This document shows, piece after piece, positions 1 through 10,847 of a stretch of DNA of 60,684 nucleotides (positions are counted from its first letter, which is position 1; each line of letters starts with the position of its first letter). The stretch comes from an uncultured virus (IMG/VR IMGVR_UViG_3300009068_003844) (taxonomy: Duplodnaviria > Heunggongvirae > Uroviricota > Caudoviricetes): the IMG/VR virus record IMGVR_UViG_3300009068_003844; one strand, written 5' to 3'. The notes below the pieces were generated by a model. It saw only the letters and a program-made list of their open reading frames with translations. It had not been told where the DNA came from and did no database searches. The position numbers were made by a program, and so were the translations under genes.

Positions 1-1
1 A

Positions 2-463
2 GATCGAAGCGATGAATATAGCGTGAGTACGAATCCTCGTAGTTGGGGGTATGTCAGCAAGCATTTGTTTGCCGGTAGCAAGAATCTTGCCGATATTCGT
101 GCCTGTGTCGGAAGTCCTGCTACTGAACTTCTGAGTTATCTTGATATTTGCAAGAATCTTCCCAACATGGAAGATCTTATTGCCGGAAAGAGTAAGTGGA
201 AGGAAGATAACAAGAGGATCAGCGTCAGTTATGCTGTTGCTAATAATCTTGCAAGCACCTTGCTTTCTAGCAAGACTCCTGCTAAGATTCTTGATAACTG
301 CATGAAGGTCGTAATTGATATTAGTCCTGAGCCGGGTGCGTTGTTTATTCGTCGTGTTCTGACCAATGATAAGATTCGTGATCTTTGCTACAAGAGCGAT
401 ATGGTGAGTAAGTGGCTTGAAAAGAATCAGGAACTTATTTCCAGTAGCATGATGCTCGCATAA
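2..463 (+). CDS. C-terminal part of a probable MoxR-like AAA+ ATPase (partial, frame open from the window edge)
   Basis: Frame is open from position 2; 'NPRSW' resembles the (S/T)PRSW motif of this ATPase type; it lies directly upstream of a DUF2201/vWA gene, the usual partner. Confidence 0.6.
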   Translation, partial: DRSDEYSVSTNPRSWGYVSKHLFAGSKNLADIRACVGSPATELLSYLDICKNLPNMEDLIAGKSKWKEDNKRISVSYAVANNLASTLLSSKTPAKILDNCMKVVIDISPEPGALFIRRVLTNDKIRDLCYKSDMVSKWLEKNQELISSSMMLA

Positions 464-539
464 AGGAGCAACATACTACAATGATGTCATTACTCGGAAT
501 ACTGAGCGGAATAATCGAAATAATCAGGAAGAAATAACA

Positions 540-1877
540 ATGTCACAAGCACTTGCAAAAAAGAGTAAGGCTAAGAAGGAAGTAGTCGATCTATTCTCCA
601 CAGTCACCAAAGAAGAACAGGATAGTTTCCGAAAGAAACTTGATGTTATTATCTTTGGATTCGCTCATCATTTTCCATTCTTTGGAAGTGTTAGTGAAAG
701 GTGTCGATATAGTTTGACCAAGGATGATAATTTTATCCCTACCGCTGGTATTGATAAGAACGGCCATATCATCTTTAATCTCAATTTCGTCAATTCTCTT
801 GACAATAAGCAATTCTTGTTTCTTGTTGCACATGAGATTGGTCACTTTATTTTTGAACATAGTTCAAGAATTATGAATCGAAATCATGTTCTGTGGAATA
901 AGGCCGCAGACTATGCGATTAATCTTTTCTTGTATTATCAGTTTGGAAGCAAAGAGTATTTTCCAATCATTGATAAGATTTGCTTTGATAAGAATTGGGA
1001 TGTTAATTCATCTGAGAACAAGTATGACAAGATGAATGTTGAGCAAATCTACAATATCATTGAAAAGGAAGCCGATAAACTTCCAAAAATCAAGATTGAT
1101 ATTTTTATTGAATCGTTCGATGAAAATGAAGGCGAAGATAATCAAGATGGTGATGGTGATGGCAAGAAGTATGTAGATATTCGTGAGCGACGAGTTCCTC
1201 TTCCTAAGAAGAACGGTAAGAATAAGGAACAAATTAGTCGTGAAATGAAAGACTATGTACGTCGAGCAGTTTCGGACGCCTTCAACATCAGTAAGAGTCA
1301 GGGTTTGCTTCCTGCTGGTATGGAGCGTATGATTGTCAGTCATCTTCGTCCCAAGATTGATTGGCTTAGTAAGTTGCGTGAGAAACTCAGGTTTGGAACT
1401 GACCGTCTTGCCAAGGCCGATACTAATTGGAGTATGCCTAACAAGCGATTCCTTGATCGTGATTTCGTGTTCCCGAGTTATCACGGGCCTAATCAGCCTA
1501 AGATTGCATACGCCATTGATACAAGTGGCAGCATGAGTGAAGAAGATCTCAAAAATGCTATTTCGGAACTTGATGGTATCCGAAAGCAATTGAATGCTAA
1601 TATTTACTTTATGGACTGCGATGCAGATGTTTACACTGGTCGTTGGATTAATAGCAATCAACCCCTGCCTTGTTTGCAGGGTGGTGGCGGGACTGATTTC
1701 GTTCCGGTGTTCAAGCATCTTGTTGACAAAAAGATTCGCCCTGATTATTGTGTATTTTTCACAGATGGTTATGGGGAATTTGGAGAAGATCCTAAAAAGT
1801 TCAATACATTGTGGGTATTGACCAGTGATGTTAAGCCTCCTTTTGGTGATGTTATTCGATACAATGACTTACAGTAA
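540..1877 (+). CDS. DUF2201-type putative metallopeptidase with C-terminal vWA-like domain
   Basis: HExxH (AHEIGH), 'WNKAADYAIN', acidic linker, MIDAS-like DTSGS, GGGTDF and FTDG motifs. Confidence 0.85.
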   Translation: MSQALAKKSKAKKEVVDLFSTVTKEEQDSFRKKLDVIIFGFAHHFPFFGSVSERCRYSLTKDDNFIPTAGIDKNGHIIFNLNFVNSLDNKQFLFLVAHEIGHFIFEHSSRIMNRNHVLWNKAADYAINLFLYYQFGSKEYFPIIDKICFDKNWDVNSSENKYDKMNVEQIYNIIEKEADKLPKIKIDIFIESFDENEGEDNQDGDGDGKKYVDIRERRVPLPKKNGKNKEQISREMKDYVRRAVSDAFNISKSQGLLPAGMERMIVSHLRPKIDWLSKLREKLRFGTDRLAKADTNWSMPNKRFLDRDFVFPSYHGPNQPKIAYAIDTSGSMSEEDLKNAISELDGIRKQLNANIYFMDCDADVYTGRWINSNQPLPCLQGGGGTDFVPVFKHLVDKKIRPDYCVFFTDGYGEFGEDPKKFNTLWVLTSDVKPPFGDVIRYNDLQ

Positions 1878-1886
1878 GGAAACAAA

Positions 1887-2159
1887 ATGACTGATCCTCA
1901 TAATCCAGATGTTCAACCAGATATTCCATCTGTGATCGAATTAAGCAAAGAAGCTAAAGTTCAATTGCTATTGGAACAATCTAAGATTGTTGAATGGGAA
2001 GATCATCCTAAACAAGTATTGTGGATGATTACAGATAAGAAAAATGTTGGTATTGTGGTTCATTCAGAAGATTCTGATATTAAACTTGGTTCTACTACAA
2101 AATTGGCTAAACTTAAACTGAAGCCTTTTATTGGTAGTTTGACTATTAACTCGAAGTAG
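1887..2159 (+). CDS. hypothetical protein
   Basis: AAGGA RBS, continues the operon. Confidence 0.6.
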   Translation: MTDPHNPDVQPDIPSVIELSKEAKVQLLLEQSKIVEWEDHPKQVLWMITDKKNVGIVVHSEDSDIKLGSTTKLAKLKLKPFIGSLTINSK

Positions 2160-2231
2160 TTTCTTTCTGGTACGGTGGTGCTATGCGGGTGTTCCGTGTA
2201 GCAAGATAAATCATATAGGGATAAAAATACA

Positions 2232-2924
2232 ATGGCTAAGGCTAAGACTTCCGGTAGTGGTTTCGGTGGCGTTGTTGATACTAAGGCGACCAGTGCCGCT
2301 AGTAAGAAGAAGGATTACGAAAAGATTGATTTCAATACTACCAGTAGTGTTGATGGTGTAAATCTTTTCGATAAGGTCAGTGCTTTGAAGCAGGCTAAGG
2401 CCATGCTTGAAAATGAACTCAAGATTTTTGAGGATGAACTCAAGGAGCAGATTCGGGCCAAGTTTGCCGAGATTGGTATTCGTGATGGAGCCAAGCCTGA
2501 AAGTATTGAGGGTCATGGTGATATTGCTACTGCACGATGTGATTGCCGCCGTAGCGTTAGCACTTTGGATCAAGGCACGGTTAGTGATCTTGAATCAATG
2601 GGCATTGATGTTGAGTGCAAGGAGACTGTTAGTTTCAAGAAAAGCGTTCTTGATAATGAGGAAACAGTCCAGAATATTATTGAAGTTCTTCAAGAGCATG
2701 GTGGATTCAATGTTGGTGATCTTCTTGATCGTACGGTTAAGTATACGGCCGGTGAGCGAACCCTTGATGATCTTTTCCGCAAGGTGAGTGATCCGGTTGT
2801 TGTTAATCGTTATTTGGAGAAGGTTAGCACGATTGCTATTGCCAACCCTAGCCTTGGCGATGATCCCACCGCAAGCAAGTTCGCAATTTGCGATATTGTG
2901 AACAAGAGTGGCATCTTCCGTTAA
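2232..2924 (+). CDS. hypothetical protein headed by a GGTACGGT motif and a 5' leader hairpin
   Basis: 230-aa ORF; motif at 2169; hairpin TGCTATGCGG/CCGTGTAGCA; terminator follows. Confidence 0.75.
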   Translation: MAKAKTSGSGFGGVVDTKATSAASKKKDYEKIDFNTTSSVDGVNLFDKVSALKQAKAMLENELKIFEDELKEQIRAKFAEIGIRDGAKPESIEGHGDIATARCDCRRSVSTLDQGTVSDLESMGIDVECKETVSFKKSVLDNEETVQNIIEVLQEHGGFNVGDLLDRTVKYTAGERTLDDLFRKVSDPVVVNRYLEKVSTIAIANPSLGDDPTASKFAICDIVNKSGIFR

Positions 2925-2950
2925 AAAACGGAACTAGTATCCTCATTTCA

Positions 2951-2988
2951 AACCCACTAGGTTCTTAATTGAGCCTAGTGGGTTTTTT
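2951..2988 (+). terminator. intrinsic terminator
   Basis: AAACCCACTAGG...CCTAGTGGGTTT followed by a T run. Confidence 0.75.
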
Positions 2989-3216
2989 TATTTTTATAGA
3001 TGCGTATGAAAAAATAATTGAAATAAAACAAAAAAGTTGGATTATCGGTATCGGTACAGTCACCAATAAATAACCAGAAAATAAAAGACAAACAAACCCC
3101 AGTATATTTCTAATTACTTGAGGAATAAATTCAATTTTGGAAATAAGATAAACAACAGGTCCGCACAATAGTGTGAAAAGTAATACGGCACACGCTAAAA
3201 CAGCTAATGATATCAT
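2965..3216 (-). CDS. small membrane protein
   Basis: About three hydrophobic segments; CTAAATA a few nt upstream of ATG. Confidence 0.6.
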   Translation of the reverse strand: MISLAVLACAVLLFTLLCGPVVYLISKIEFIPQVIRNILGFVCLLFSGYLLVTVPIPIIQLFCFISIIFSYASIKIKKPTRLN

Positions 3217-3251
3217 AATTTATATTTAGTTTTATACTACTATATATTTGA

Positions 3252-4088
3252 ATGATAATATACAAGGCCACTTATGGCGGAAAAGACGTAAAATCAATAC
3301 TTGATTCAAAGATAGCCAATGGAACTTTGAAAGTAAAGGTTAGTAATGATTTATTTGGAGATCCAAGACCTGGTGTGTTCAAACATTTAGAAGTAGAGTC
3401 TAGCCATGGATCTAGAAAAATTCCCGAAAATGCTTACCTATCTTTACCTGATACCAATAATGAAAAATTAGGTATTTTTTACACAAATAATAATGTAAAC
3501 AAAGTTGTAAGTCAAAGTTTAAAATCCCTGGAAAAATTTGAAAATGTTGACATATTAACTTGTGTTTGGCAGCCAATAATGGGCAACAAATTTTATGAGA
3601 CTCAGGCTTTAACAAAAAGCAGCAGTCATTTGAATATCATAATCCAAATTCTACAACTTCTTTATGTTGCCAAGCAAACAGGAAATTATAAATATGTAAG
3701 TTTTTTGGAGCATGATGTCCTATACCCAGATGGTTATTTTGATTACCCAGATTTCGACAATGGTGTAACCACAAATATGAACTATATGGGGATATGCGAT
3801 AGAGGTTTTCAAAAAAAGACAGCCGATCATGAGCCACTTCATCAAATGACCATGATATTTAGTCAAGCAGTAGACCACTTTGAAAGCTTATTTAAAGAAG
3901 CAATCAGAAACGGTGGAGTTCTACTTGAACCAGGAAGAAACAGACAGAAATGGGTTTGCCGTAACCCGGCCATTCATGTGAACCACGGAAAGCACTTCAC
4001 GTCACATTTTAGCATATACAGCAGAGACACATACGATGTGGACGCTTATTGGGGAGAATCCTCTGAGCTAATCAAAAGACTATTTTGA
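3252..4088 (+). CDS. glycosyltransferase-like protein with a lectin-like N-terminal segment
   Basis: 'FGDPRPGVFKHLEVE' resembles the SUEL/galactose-lectin motif; 'FLEHDVLY' is a DxD-like motif. Confidence 0.55.
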   Translation: MIIYKATYGGKDVKSILDSKIANGTLKVKVSNDLFGDPRPGVFKHLEVESSHGSRKIPENAYLSLPDTNNEKLGIFYTNNNVNKVVSQSLKSLEKFENVDILTCVWQPIMGNKFYETQALTKSSSHLNIIIQILQLLYVAKQTGNYKYVSFLEHDVLYPDGYFDYPDFDNGVTTNMNYMGICDRGFQKKTADHEPLHQMTMIFSQAVDHFESLFKEAIRNGGVLLEPGRNRQKWVCRNPAIHVNHGKHFTSHFSIYSRDTYDVDAYWGESSELIKRLF

Positions 4089-4738
4089 TAGTCTTTTTCA
4101 AAGTGTGGATTTAAGAATATCTTGCCTTTTTCAAAAACCAATCTCTTATCAATTTCCTCCTGATTGTTTTCTCTTGAAGCATGATAATAGTTTTTATTCT
4201 CTCTTTTAAACCATCTGTATATTAGATGTATCTTTTCCATCTTGAAAGATTTTACGTTGTTACCAAACGTGATATCAATATCTTCACCGACCATCTTATC
4301 TGGAAATACTATTCTGTCTAAGTATTTCTTACTATAAACATTACCTGTATTGGTTCCTGAGTTAATTTTTTCAAACTCATTGTTAAAAAACAGATAATTA
4401 TAAATTGGTCTGTATAACTCATAATCAGGATTTTTGTTTATTGTTTCCATAGTGTTCGATAACGCAAAGTTCATCATCAAATCATCATCATCTAATCGAA
4501 AGATGTAATCTCCCCTGCATTTTTGGTACGAATACTTTAGTTTATTTCCTATTGAACCAAATCTCTCTTTAGAGTTGATTATTCTTATTCTTGGGTGATC
4601 ATATTCATATTCAACATCAGGGCTATCGTTGACCACAACCATCTCAGATTCTTGTTTATAATCCTGCTGTAAGTAGGAGGAGATTGCTTCTTCTAATAGA
4701 TTTTTTCTTTGATAAGTTAAAGTTAAAACAGATATCAT
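4046..4738 (-). CDS. glycosyltransferase family 2
   Basis: 'ISVLTLTYQR', 'VVVNDS', 'YIFRLDDDD'. Confidence 0.85.
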   Translation of the reverse strand: MISVLTLTYQRKNLLEEAISSYLQQDYKQESEMVVVNDSPDVEYEYDHPRIRIINSKERFGSIGNKLKYSYQKCRGDYIFRLDDDDLMMNFALSNTMETINKNPDYELYRPIYNYLFFNNEFEKINSGTNTGNVYSKKYLDRIVFPDKMVGEDIDITFGNNVKSFKMEKIHLIYRWFKRENKNYYHASRENNQEEIDKRLVFEKGKIFLNPHFEKDYQNSLLISSEDSPQ

Positions 4739-4741
4739 AAA

Positions 4742-5323
4742 TCAAGTCAATCTTTTTAATGCCCAATCATGATCTTCTTCGTTTAATACAAAAAAATTGA
4801 AATTATTTTTGATCACAAATTCATCTACAGCCTCTATGACTCCAAAATCATCAAACCTTGAATAGTCGTGCCCAGCCATTATTCCTTCTTTTTTTAGTTT
4901 ACAAAGATAATCATTCAGATCAGATTTTACGCAATCATATAAATGACAAGAGTCTATGTAAATTAAATCAAAAAAATTATCTGGGAAATTTTTAACCGCA
5001 TCATATGAAAAATTTCTATCTATGATAACTTGTTCTGACTTTATTTCATCGGAGAAGCCTTGAATTACTTGTTGATATTCTCCTTCACCCGAATATGCTG
5101 TGTTCATATTGCCTAAAGCAGACCCATATGTTTCATTTTTTCCATTTTTATCACTTCCGGATAACCATGGATCAACCAAATAAAGTTTACTTGGCTTGAG
5201 TATATTTAAAATCTTTCTTGAGAACTCTCCCTTATAAACACCCAATTCTATACATTGAGGATTTTTGGGCATGTGATGTGAAATTGTTTCTAAAAATTCA
5301 TCTCTATTTTTTGTTTTGATCAT
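4742..5323 (-). CDS. class I SAM-dependent methyltransferase (Methyltransf_24-like)
   Basis: 'IELGVYKGEFS', 'DLIYIDSCHLY', 'GIMAGHDY'; start placed at MIKTK. Confidence 0.85.
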   Translation of the reverse strand: MIKTKNRDEFLETISHHMPKNPQCIELGVYKGEFSRKILNILKPSKLYLVDPWLSGSDKNGKNETYGSALGNMNTAYSGEGEYQQVIQGFSDEIKSEQVIIDRNFSYDAVKNFPDNFFDLIYIDSCHLYDCVKSDLNDYLCKLKKEGIMAGHDYSRFDDFGVIEAVDEFVIKNNFNFFVLNEEDHDWALKRLT

Positions 5324-5366
5324 ATGATATATATATTTGCTAATTTTTATTAATAGATTTAAAATT

Positions 5367-6236
5367 ATGGCAAAAAAATTTATAATTATCACGACACATC
5401 GAAGTGGATCGCAAATGTTATGTGAGTTTTTAACAAATCAAAAAAATATAATATGCGAATATGAGTTGTTACAGCCGGATAAAGAGATAAAATACACATC
5501 ACTACAAAAAAAAGCAGAACTATTTAATAATATAGAGATTCAAAAAAAATTGGCCAATATACTTGGAAACGATCCATCTAAATTCGTAATCAATAGAAAT
5601 AGAAATTTTGAAGAATACTTAAAACTATGGGAAGATGTTGTTCCGTCAAAATACTTTGGATTTAAAGCATTTTTTGAATATCATCTTAAGAATTATTGGC
5701 TACCGCCAGAGGATTCTATCAAACTTGATGATTTTTTAAAATATATAAAAAAAAATAATATAAAAATAATACATTTGACTCGTGATAATATTTTATTAAA
5801 ATATATTTCATGGTTGACAAGTCAAGTCACAAGAGTTAGTTCTTGTTCGTGGGGTAATAAGATCAACAGCGATAAAAATAACATAGTTAGCGTAAATGTA
5901 TCGTATGATAAATACACTAAATATAAAATAAATTTATTAAAAGAAGAAGCTGATGCGGTTTGTTTTTGTTTATTAAACAATATAGAATATCATCGTGTGG
6001 CCTATGAAAATTTAATTGGCGATGATCATGTTGTTTTTTATAAAGATATTATGAAATTTTTAGGGGAAGACCCAGAAGTTTTTATAGATATCAAAGATAC
6101 CGAGAATCAAAATAAAAGAAAAGCAAATGTGTTCTCATTAAGTCAAAAAGTATTAAATCTAGGTGATTTTATAAAAGAAGCAACTATTGCAGATGACAAA
6201 GAGTTGCTAGAAAACATAGAAAAACTTAAACAATAA
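5367..6236 (+). CDS. sulfotransferase (Stf0-like)
   Basis: PAPS-binding-like 'THRSGSQML', 'KIIHLTRDNIL', 'VAYENL'. Confidence 0.7.
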   Translation: MAKKFIIITTHRSGSQMLCEFLTNQKNIICEYELLQPDKEIKYTSLQKKAELFNNIEIQKKLANILGNDPSKFVINRNRNFEEYLKLWEDVVPSKYFGFKAFFEYHLKNYWLPPEDSIKLDDFLKYIKKNNIKIIHLTRDNILLKYISWLTSQVTRVSSCSWGNKINSDKNNIVSVNVSYDKYTKYKINLLKEEADAVCFCLLNNIEYHRVAYENLIGDDHVVFYKDIMKFLGEDPEVFIDIKDTENQNKRKANVFSLSQKVLNLGDFIKEATIADDKELLENIEKLKQ

Positions 6237-6266
6237 TTCAATCGCTCAATTCTACATATTTTTACT

Positions 6267-6758
6267 ATGAAAAAATTCACAAATTGGCTAGAAAATAAAG
6301 AAAATAAACAACTAATACTTATGAGGGGAATATCAGGTTCCGGAAAAAGTACGGTTGCTAAAAAATTAGTTGGAAATGGCAAGATATTTTCCACCGATGA
6401 TTTCTTTATGCAGGATGGAAAATATAATTTTGATGTGACTAAAATAGGTCATTATCATAAACTAAATCAAGAAAGAACTGAAGAGGCCATGAAGAATGGT
6501 TTATCTCCAATAGTTGTTGATAATACTATGACTCAAGCATGGGAAGGTTCAGAGTATGTCAGGCTTGCCGATAAGTACGGTTATTCGGTTAGAATAGAAG
6601 AACTTCCAATTCCGGATATTGATGAATTAATGAAACGTCAAGAAAGTAGAAAAAATATAAACAAAGCTCTTCCAAGAGAAGTTGTTGAAAGAATGATTGG
6701 TAAATTTCAACCAGGATTAACAGTAGATGATATTAGAAAAGGAAAAAAGAGTTCCTAG
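6267..6758 (+). CDS. P-loop polynucleotide-kinase-like protein (AAA_33/N4BP2-like) with capsid-targeting-like N-terminus
   Basis: Walker A GISGSGKST, 'STDDFF', 'VVDNT'; N-terminus MKKFTNWLENKE. Confidence 0.8.
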   Translation: MKKFTNWLENKENKQLILMRGISGSGKSTVAKKLVGNGKIFSTDDFFMQDGKYNFDVTKIGHYHKLNQERTEEAMKNGLSPIVVDNTMTQAWEGSEYVRLADKYGYSVRIEELPIPDIDELMKRQESRKNINKALPREVVERMIGKFQPGLTVDDIRKGKKSS

Positions 6759-7160
6759 AATCTTGAATTATAAAATAAAAGATATATAAAACATCTATTG
6801 CCAAATCTCTTCTAGTTGATATAATAACTTTTTATCAACTGGGAGGGTAAATGAAAAATAAAAAGCCAGGCCCTTATCACAAATTATTGGCAGTAAATAA
6901 CGGCATAGCCAGAGTTAAAAAACACTGTGGTTTTTGCGACCGAACTCACGTGGTAAACTTCCCATTAGATGATATTGGGATTGAAAGACGCATGAATACT
7001 TTTTGCAATGACTGCGAGAGAAACGTAGTCAAGATAAAGAAGAGACAAAATAGAGAAAAGGAAATGTAGACACTCCGTTTCCCTCCGGTACGGTTCTCTG
7101 GTGTTGCGATTAGCAATCGTTTAGGTTGCCGCAACACAAATCTCTACCGGAGGAATCGAA

Positions 7161-7493
7161 ATGGAAATCCAGTATGGTCTGAATCTTTCTACTGGCTGTC
7201 GTGACGTTGATTTTAAGCCTGAATCTAACTTCTATAGCCCCAAGGCTAAGACCAGCGGCCGTAATTACAAGGTTAGTCTGAATCAGTTTATTCATACCAT
7301 CAATGCAGTTTTTGGTAACGGCGGCGACTATTCTGATGTTGCCAAGGAACTTGGCGTCACCAATAGTGCCGTCTATAGCAGGGTCAATAAGTTGAGGGAA
7401 ACAGTCCCAACGCTTCCTAAGATTGATAACCGTTCTAGCGATACTGCTGTTGAGGCGGCTGCTATTCTCGCTAAACTCGGCATCAACCAGTAA
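7161..7493 (+). CDS. small HTH protein, divergent member of the in-window paralog family
   Basis: 'GGDYSDVAKELGVTNSAVYSRVNKLR' and C-terminal 'AAAILAKLGI' match the 27319/32669/37832 proteins; motif at 7087. Confidence 0.8.
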   Translation: MEIQYGLNLSTGCRDVDFKPESNFYSPKAKTSGRNYKVSLNQFIHTINAVFGNGGDYSDVAKELGVTNSAVYSRVNKLRETVPTLPKIDNRSSDTAVEAAAILAKLGINQ

Positions 7494-7725
7494 TAATAGG
7501 GAGATATATCATGGAAGATAAGATTCCGTCTTATATGTTGGAAGATTATTATTCTAATCTCTTGTCTTATATCCGAATGGAATATATGACAGAATACACA
7601 GAGATGACAGAGCCTATGAAAAAATGCTTCTTGCATCTTTGGACTAATAATACTCCGATCCCTAATGCTGCGTTTTATTTTCATAATAGTTTTCGATCTG
7701 ATTATACACTATAAGGGGATATAAA

Positions 7726-8187
7726 ATGAATCGTGAAGAATGTCGTGTTGGTATGAATGTTATTTTCGGTAGTGGCAATGGCGAGAAAACTCGTGGAGTA
7801 GTAGTTAAAGTAAATCCAACTAAAGCCAAGGTTAGAACAACCGAAAGTCGTGGATATAAGCATGATGCAGGTACGATTTGGACTGTTCCTTATCCTCTGC
7901 TCCAAATGGTCGATGATAATGGGACGGTTGTTGAGAAGGAAATTAAATATAATCCATTCACCCATGTTGATAATTTGATTCTTGAGGCTGTTCTTTGTTG
8001 CTATGGAGAACTTAGTCCCGAAAATTTGAGTTGCGATGGGGAAGCCAATTATTATCAAATGATCAATAAAAAGAACAGTATCAGCAAGAAGTTGAAGGGC
8101 TTACTTATGGCCTATGGGATGGAGGTTAGTGAAAAGCAAATATATGATTGGCACGATAGCAAGCGTCAGTATGAAAGGAACAAGTGA
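7726..8187 (+). CDS. hypothetical protein with SH3-like N-terminus
   Basis: 'VGMNVIF..GVVVKVNPTKAKV' beta-barrel pattern. Confidence 0.55.
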   Translation: MNREECRVGMNVIFGSGNGEKTRGVVVKVNPTKAKVRTTESRGYKHDAGTIWTVPYPLLQMVDDNGTVVEKEIKYNPFTHVDNLILEAVLCCYGELSPENLSCDGEANYYQMINKKNSISKKLKGLLMAYGMEVSEKQIYDWHDSKRQYERNK

Positions 8188-8774
8188 TGTGCGATCAAAT
8201 TGATAGGGTATTTGCCTTTGAAGCATATGATATTGCAATTAAGAAGGGAAGGCATCCCGAACTTGAAAAACTGATAGCGATTTCACCAGAATCGAGTGTG
8301 TCTTATGCCATCCATCTTAAAGCCTCGCAAGGCGATAGTTTTAAAGAAGGAGAGGAAAGTATTTCCAAAGACCCTGTTTGCTCTTTGAACTATGCTAAAA
8401 AAGTATTAGAGGGCCGTTTTAAACTTGGCGAACCTGTAATTTCAAAAGATGCCAAAAGTTCTTATGAGTATGCTCTAGACATTATTGGTGGTCGATTTAA
8501 AATGGGAGAGCAAGCAATCTTAGATTCTGCTCGTAGAGGAAAAGATGTTAAACTGGCCGCTCTTTATGCCGCATCTATAATTGGGGGCAGGTGGGAAGAA
8601 GCAGAGCCCTTTATAATGCAGGTTCCAACACTCATTCTTCCTTATGCCAGTGAAGTTATTAAGGGCCGCTGGCATGAGGCAGAGAGTAAGTTGGTAGAAT
8701 ACGGTGAACTTTCAAGAAAATATGCCCAAGAAATGATTAAACTTCAAATCCCAGTTCTTTCTTTTGTTGAATAA
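8184..8774 (+). CDS. helical-repeat hypothetical protein
   Basis: Repeated YAxx(V/I)(L/I)xGR(F/W)xx(G/A)E units. Confidence 0.65.
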   Translation: MMCDQIDRVFAFEAYDIAIKKGRHPELEKLIAISPESSVSYAIHLKASQGDSFKEGEESISKDPVCSLNYAKKVLEGRFKLGEPVISKDAKSSYEYALDIIGGRFKMGEQAILDSARRGKDVKLAALYAASIIGGRWEEAEPFIMQVPTLILPYASEVIKGRWHEAESKLVEYGELSRKYAQEMIKLQIPVLSFVE

Positions 8775-8777
8775 AAA

Positions 8778-9365
8778 ATGAAACTTAAATTTGATCTTGA
8801 TTTGACGGATAATAAGCACCTTCGCAATCATTTGGTAAGGAATGTTCTTTGGTATTTTAAAGATAATATCGACAGAACCAAAGAACTTGATGATTATTTC
8901 TGCACCAGTCCAGCACTTGCCTATAAGTATCTAAAAGTGTTTCTTGAAAAAGGGGATAAAGCCTCTCCTGAGATTGAGAAGGTTCTGAGCAAAAACATTC
9001 ATTATCTTTTTTCTTATTTTCAGCACACCGGAAATCATAAAGTTCAAGACGAAAAGTTGCAGAAAAGACTTGATAAGAAGATCTACAATGATCCCCGCCT
9101 ATCATACTGCTATGCTCGTAGTGTTCTAAAGTCCAGAATACCAGAAGAACATGAAGGCGTTTTCCTCAAAAATTACGACTTTGCATATCGCTATGCTTGC
9201 GAGATAATCGGGGACAAATTCCCAGATAGTATTCACAGAATGCTTATCCTTTCAAGTTTTGAAGAATCTGGAGATAAATATGGTCTTAAAAAGTATATTG
9301 AATGTTGCGAGAAAAAAGAATTTAAATATGTTGGAAGAAATTGGTATGACAAGCATCCATTTTAA
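8778..9365 (+). CDS. helical-repeat hypothetical protein related to the upstream gene
   Basis: 'SYCYARSVLKSRIPE', 'YRYACEIIGDKFP'. Confidence 0.6.
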   Translation: MKLKFDLDLTDNKHLRNHLVRNVLWYFKDNIDRTKELDDYFCTSPALAYKYLKVFLEKGDKASPEIEKVLSKNIHYLFSYFQHTGNHKVQDEKLQKRLDKKIYNDPRLSYCYARSVLKSRIPEEHEGVFLKNYDFAYRYACEIIGDKFPDSIHRMLILSSFEESGDKYGLKKYIECCEKKEFKYVGRNWYDKHPF

Positions 9366-9368
9366 TTG

Positions 9369-10079
9369 TTAATTTAACAAAGAAAATCTAGGTTTCTCAT
9401 CCTTATAACTTTCAAAATCATGCCTATCGGTATAGGGATTAGTTACTATAACGCTCATGGCAACTGCCTTTAAAGGCCTCTTTGTAAAAACCCAAAACTC
9501 TGGGTCGTTATAATCTGGTCCTATTGGTATATCTAATCTCTTAATATGGGATCCTTTAGCCCACCAGAAATTTCCAGAATAATGGGGCGGTGGATTATCG
9601 TCTAAATCACAACTTATTCTACAACTATCCGGAGTGAACTCTCCCCAATAATTTGGGCCAACTAAGTCGTATTCATTTAAAAAATCTAGGCATTCTTGGT
9701 GTTTATCTATAACGAAATATATCAGTTTGTCAGTCCATGACTTTAAAAAGGGATTGTTGATCTTACTTGTTCCTTTTGAGTGAAAGTATAATACTTTATC
9801 CTCGGGCTTAGCCGTCAAATATAGTTTATGAAGGGTGGTTCTTTCTGCTAGGTTTTCATCTGTTAGGTTTATAGTGAACTTGGGAGAAATTCCTCTGATA
9901 TTGTTTGCTACAAACTCTCTAGAAACGCCAGTTATGATTATATTAAAATAATCAAGTCTATCTAAAATCCCAGAATTAACAGTTCTTTCTAGTATAGGCT
10001 TTATCACCCCTAGACTTCTCTCTGACGGTGCGTAAATATGATGAAATGCCAGATTTGACATGAAATAATATAGTTTCAA
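9369..10079 (-). CDS. putative glycosyltransferase-like protein
   Basis: 'LYFHSKGTS' and 'HYSGNFWWAK' motifs of a family found in viral glycan gene clusters. Confidence 0.55.
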   Translation of the reverse strand: MKLYYFMSNLAFHHIYAPSERSLGVIKPILERTVNSGILDRLDYFNIIITGVSREFVANNIRGISPKFTINLTDENLAERTTLHKLYLTAKPEDKVLYFHSKGTSKINNPFLKSWTDKLIYFVIDKHQECLDFLNEYDLVGPNYWGEFTPDSCRISCDLDDNPPPHYSGNFWWAKGSHIKRLDIPIGPDYNDPEFWVFTKRPLKAVAMSVIVTNPYTDRHDFESYKDEKPRFSLLN

Positions 10080-10161
10080 CTAGTAAGGAATAAAAATCAT
10101 TTATAGCAAGCATATATAATATTGGATGGAATAATCCATCCAATTACAAGGAGGTTTATTT

Positions 10162-10374
10162 ATGAACGATTACATTGCTAAGCTCTATGTTACTCCAAAT
10201 GACGGATACACAACCGAAGGTTGCTTAGATTCCAGTGTTTATGGAGGCGTTAGTCTACAAAGAACACTCAACATGATTTCAACACAAGAAGAAATCGTTG
10301 TTGTTGTTAAGGACGGAGCCGGTTTTTCAACAAATGATGCACTAACAGTTACCCCAGGTTTTATCGCTGACTGA
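10162..10374 (+). CDS. hypothetical protein
   Basis: Strong AGGAGG RBS; terminator-like hairpin CACCCATGGGA/TCCTGTGGGTG follows. Confidence 0.65.
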   Translation: MNDYIAKLYVTPNDGYTTEGCLDSSVYGGVSLQRTLNMISTQEEIVVVVKDGAGFSTNDALTVTPGFIAD

Positions 10375-10847
10375 TATTTTTAATTTATAATTTAGATTAT
10401 AAATGCACCCATGGGAGTAAAATCCTGTGGGTGTTTTCTTTTTTTATGATCCATGATATAACCAAGAATCATGAAAATAGAAATGACAGAAGATGATTTA
10501 GTGCTAGCGGCAAATAAAATAAGAAAAAATATTCATAGAAATATGATAAAACAAATAAAATCAGGAAGAAAGGCTAAGGATTTAGTTGGAAAGGTTCAAG
10601 AATATCTTGAAAAAAGCAAATTAGACTCGTTTTTAATGCTTGAAGAAACTGTTCTAATTATGAGAGCCTTCTGCAAAAAGAAAAATGATCTACTAATCAT
10701 AAGCGATGATGAAAAAACAGCAGAGAAAATAGCTAATGATCTTTTCCAAAGAGGTGTAAATAATATATTGAATATTATGGCAAGAGAAGATGTGTTAGAC
10801 TGCAGTTTCGACAATGATACTAATGATTTTCATTTCAATATGAAACA

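Noticed and set aside
1008..1718. 236-aa minus-strand ORF
   Set aside because: Shadow of the DUF2201/vWA gene
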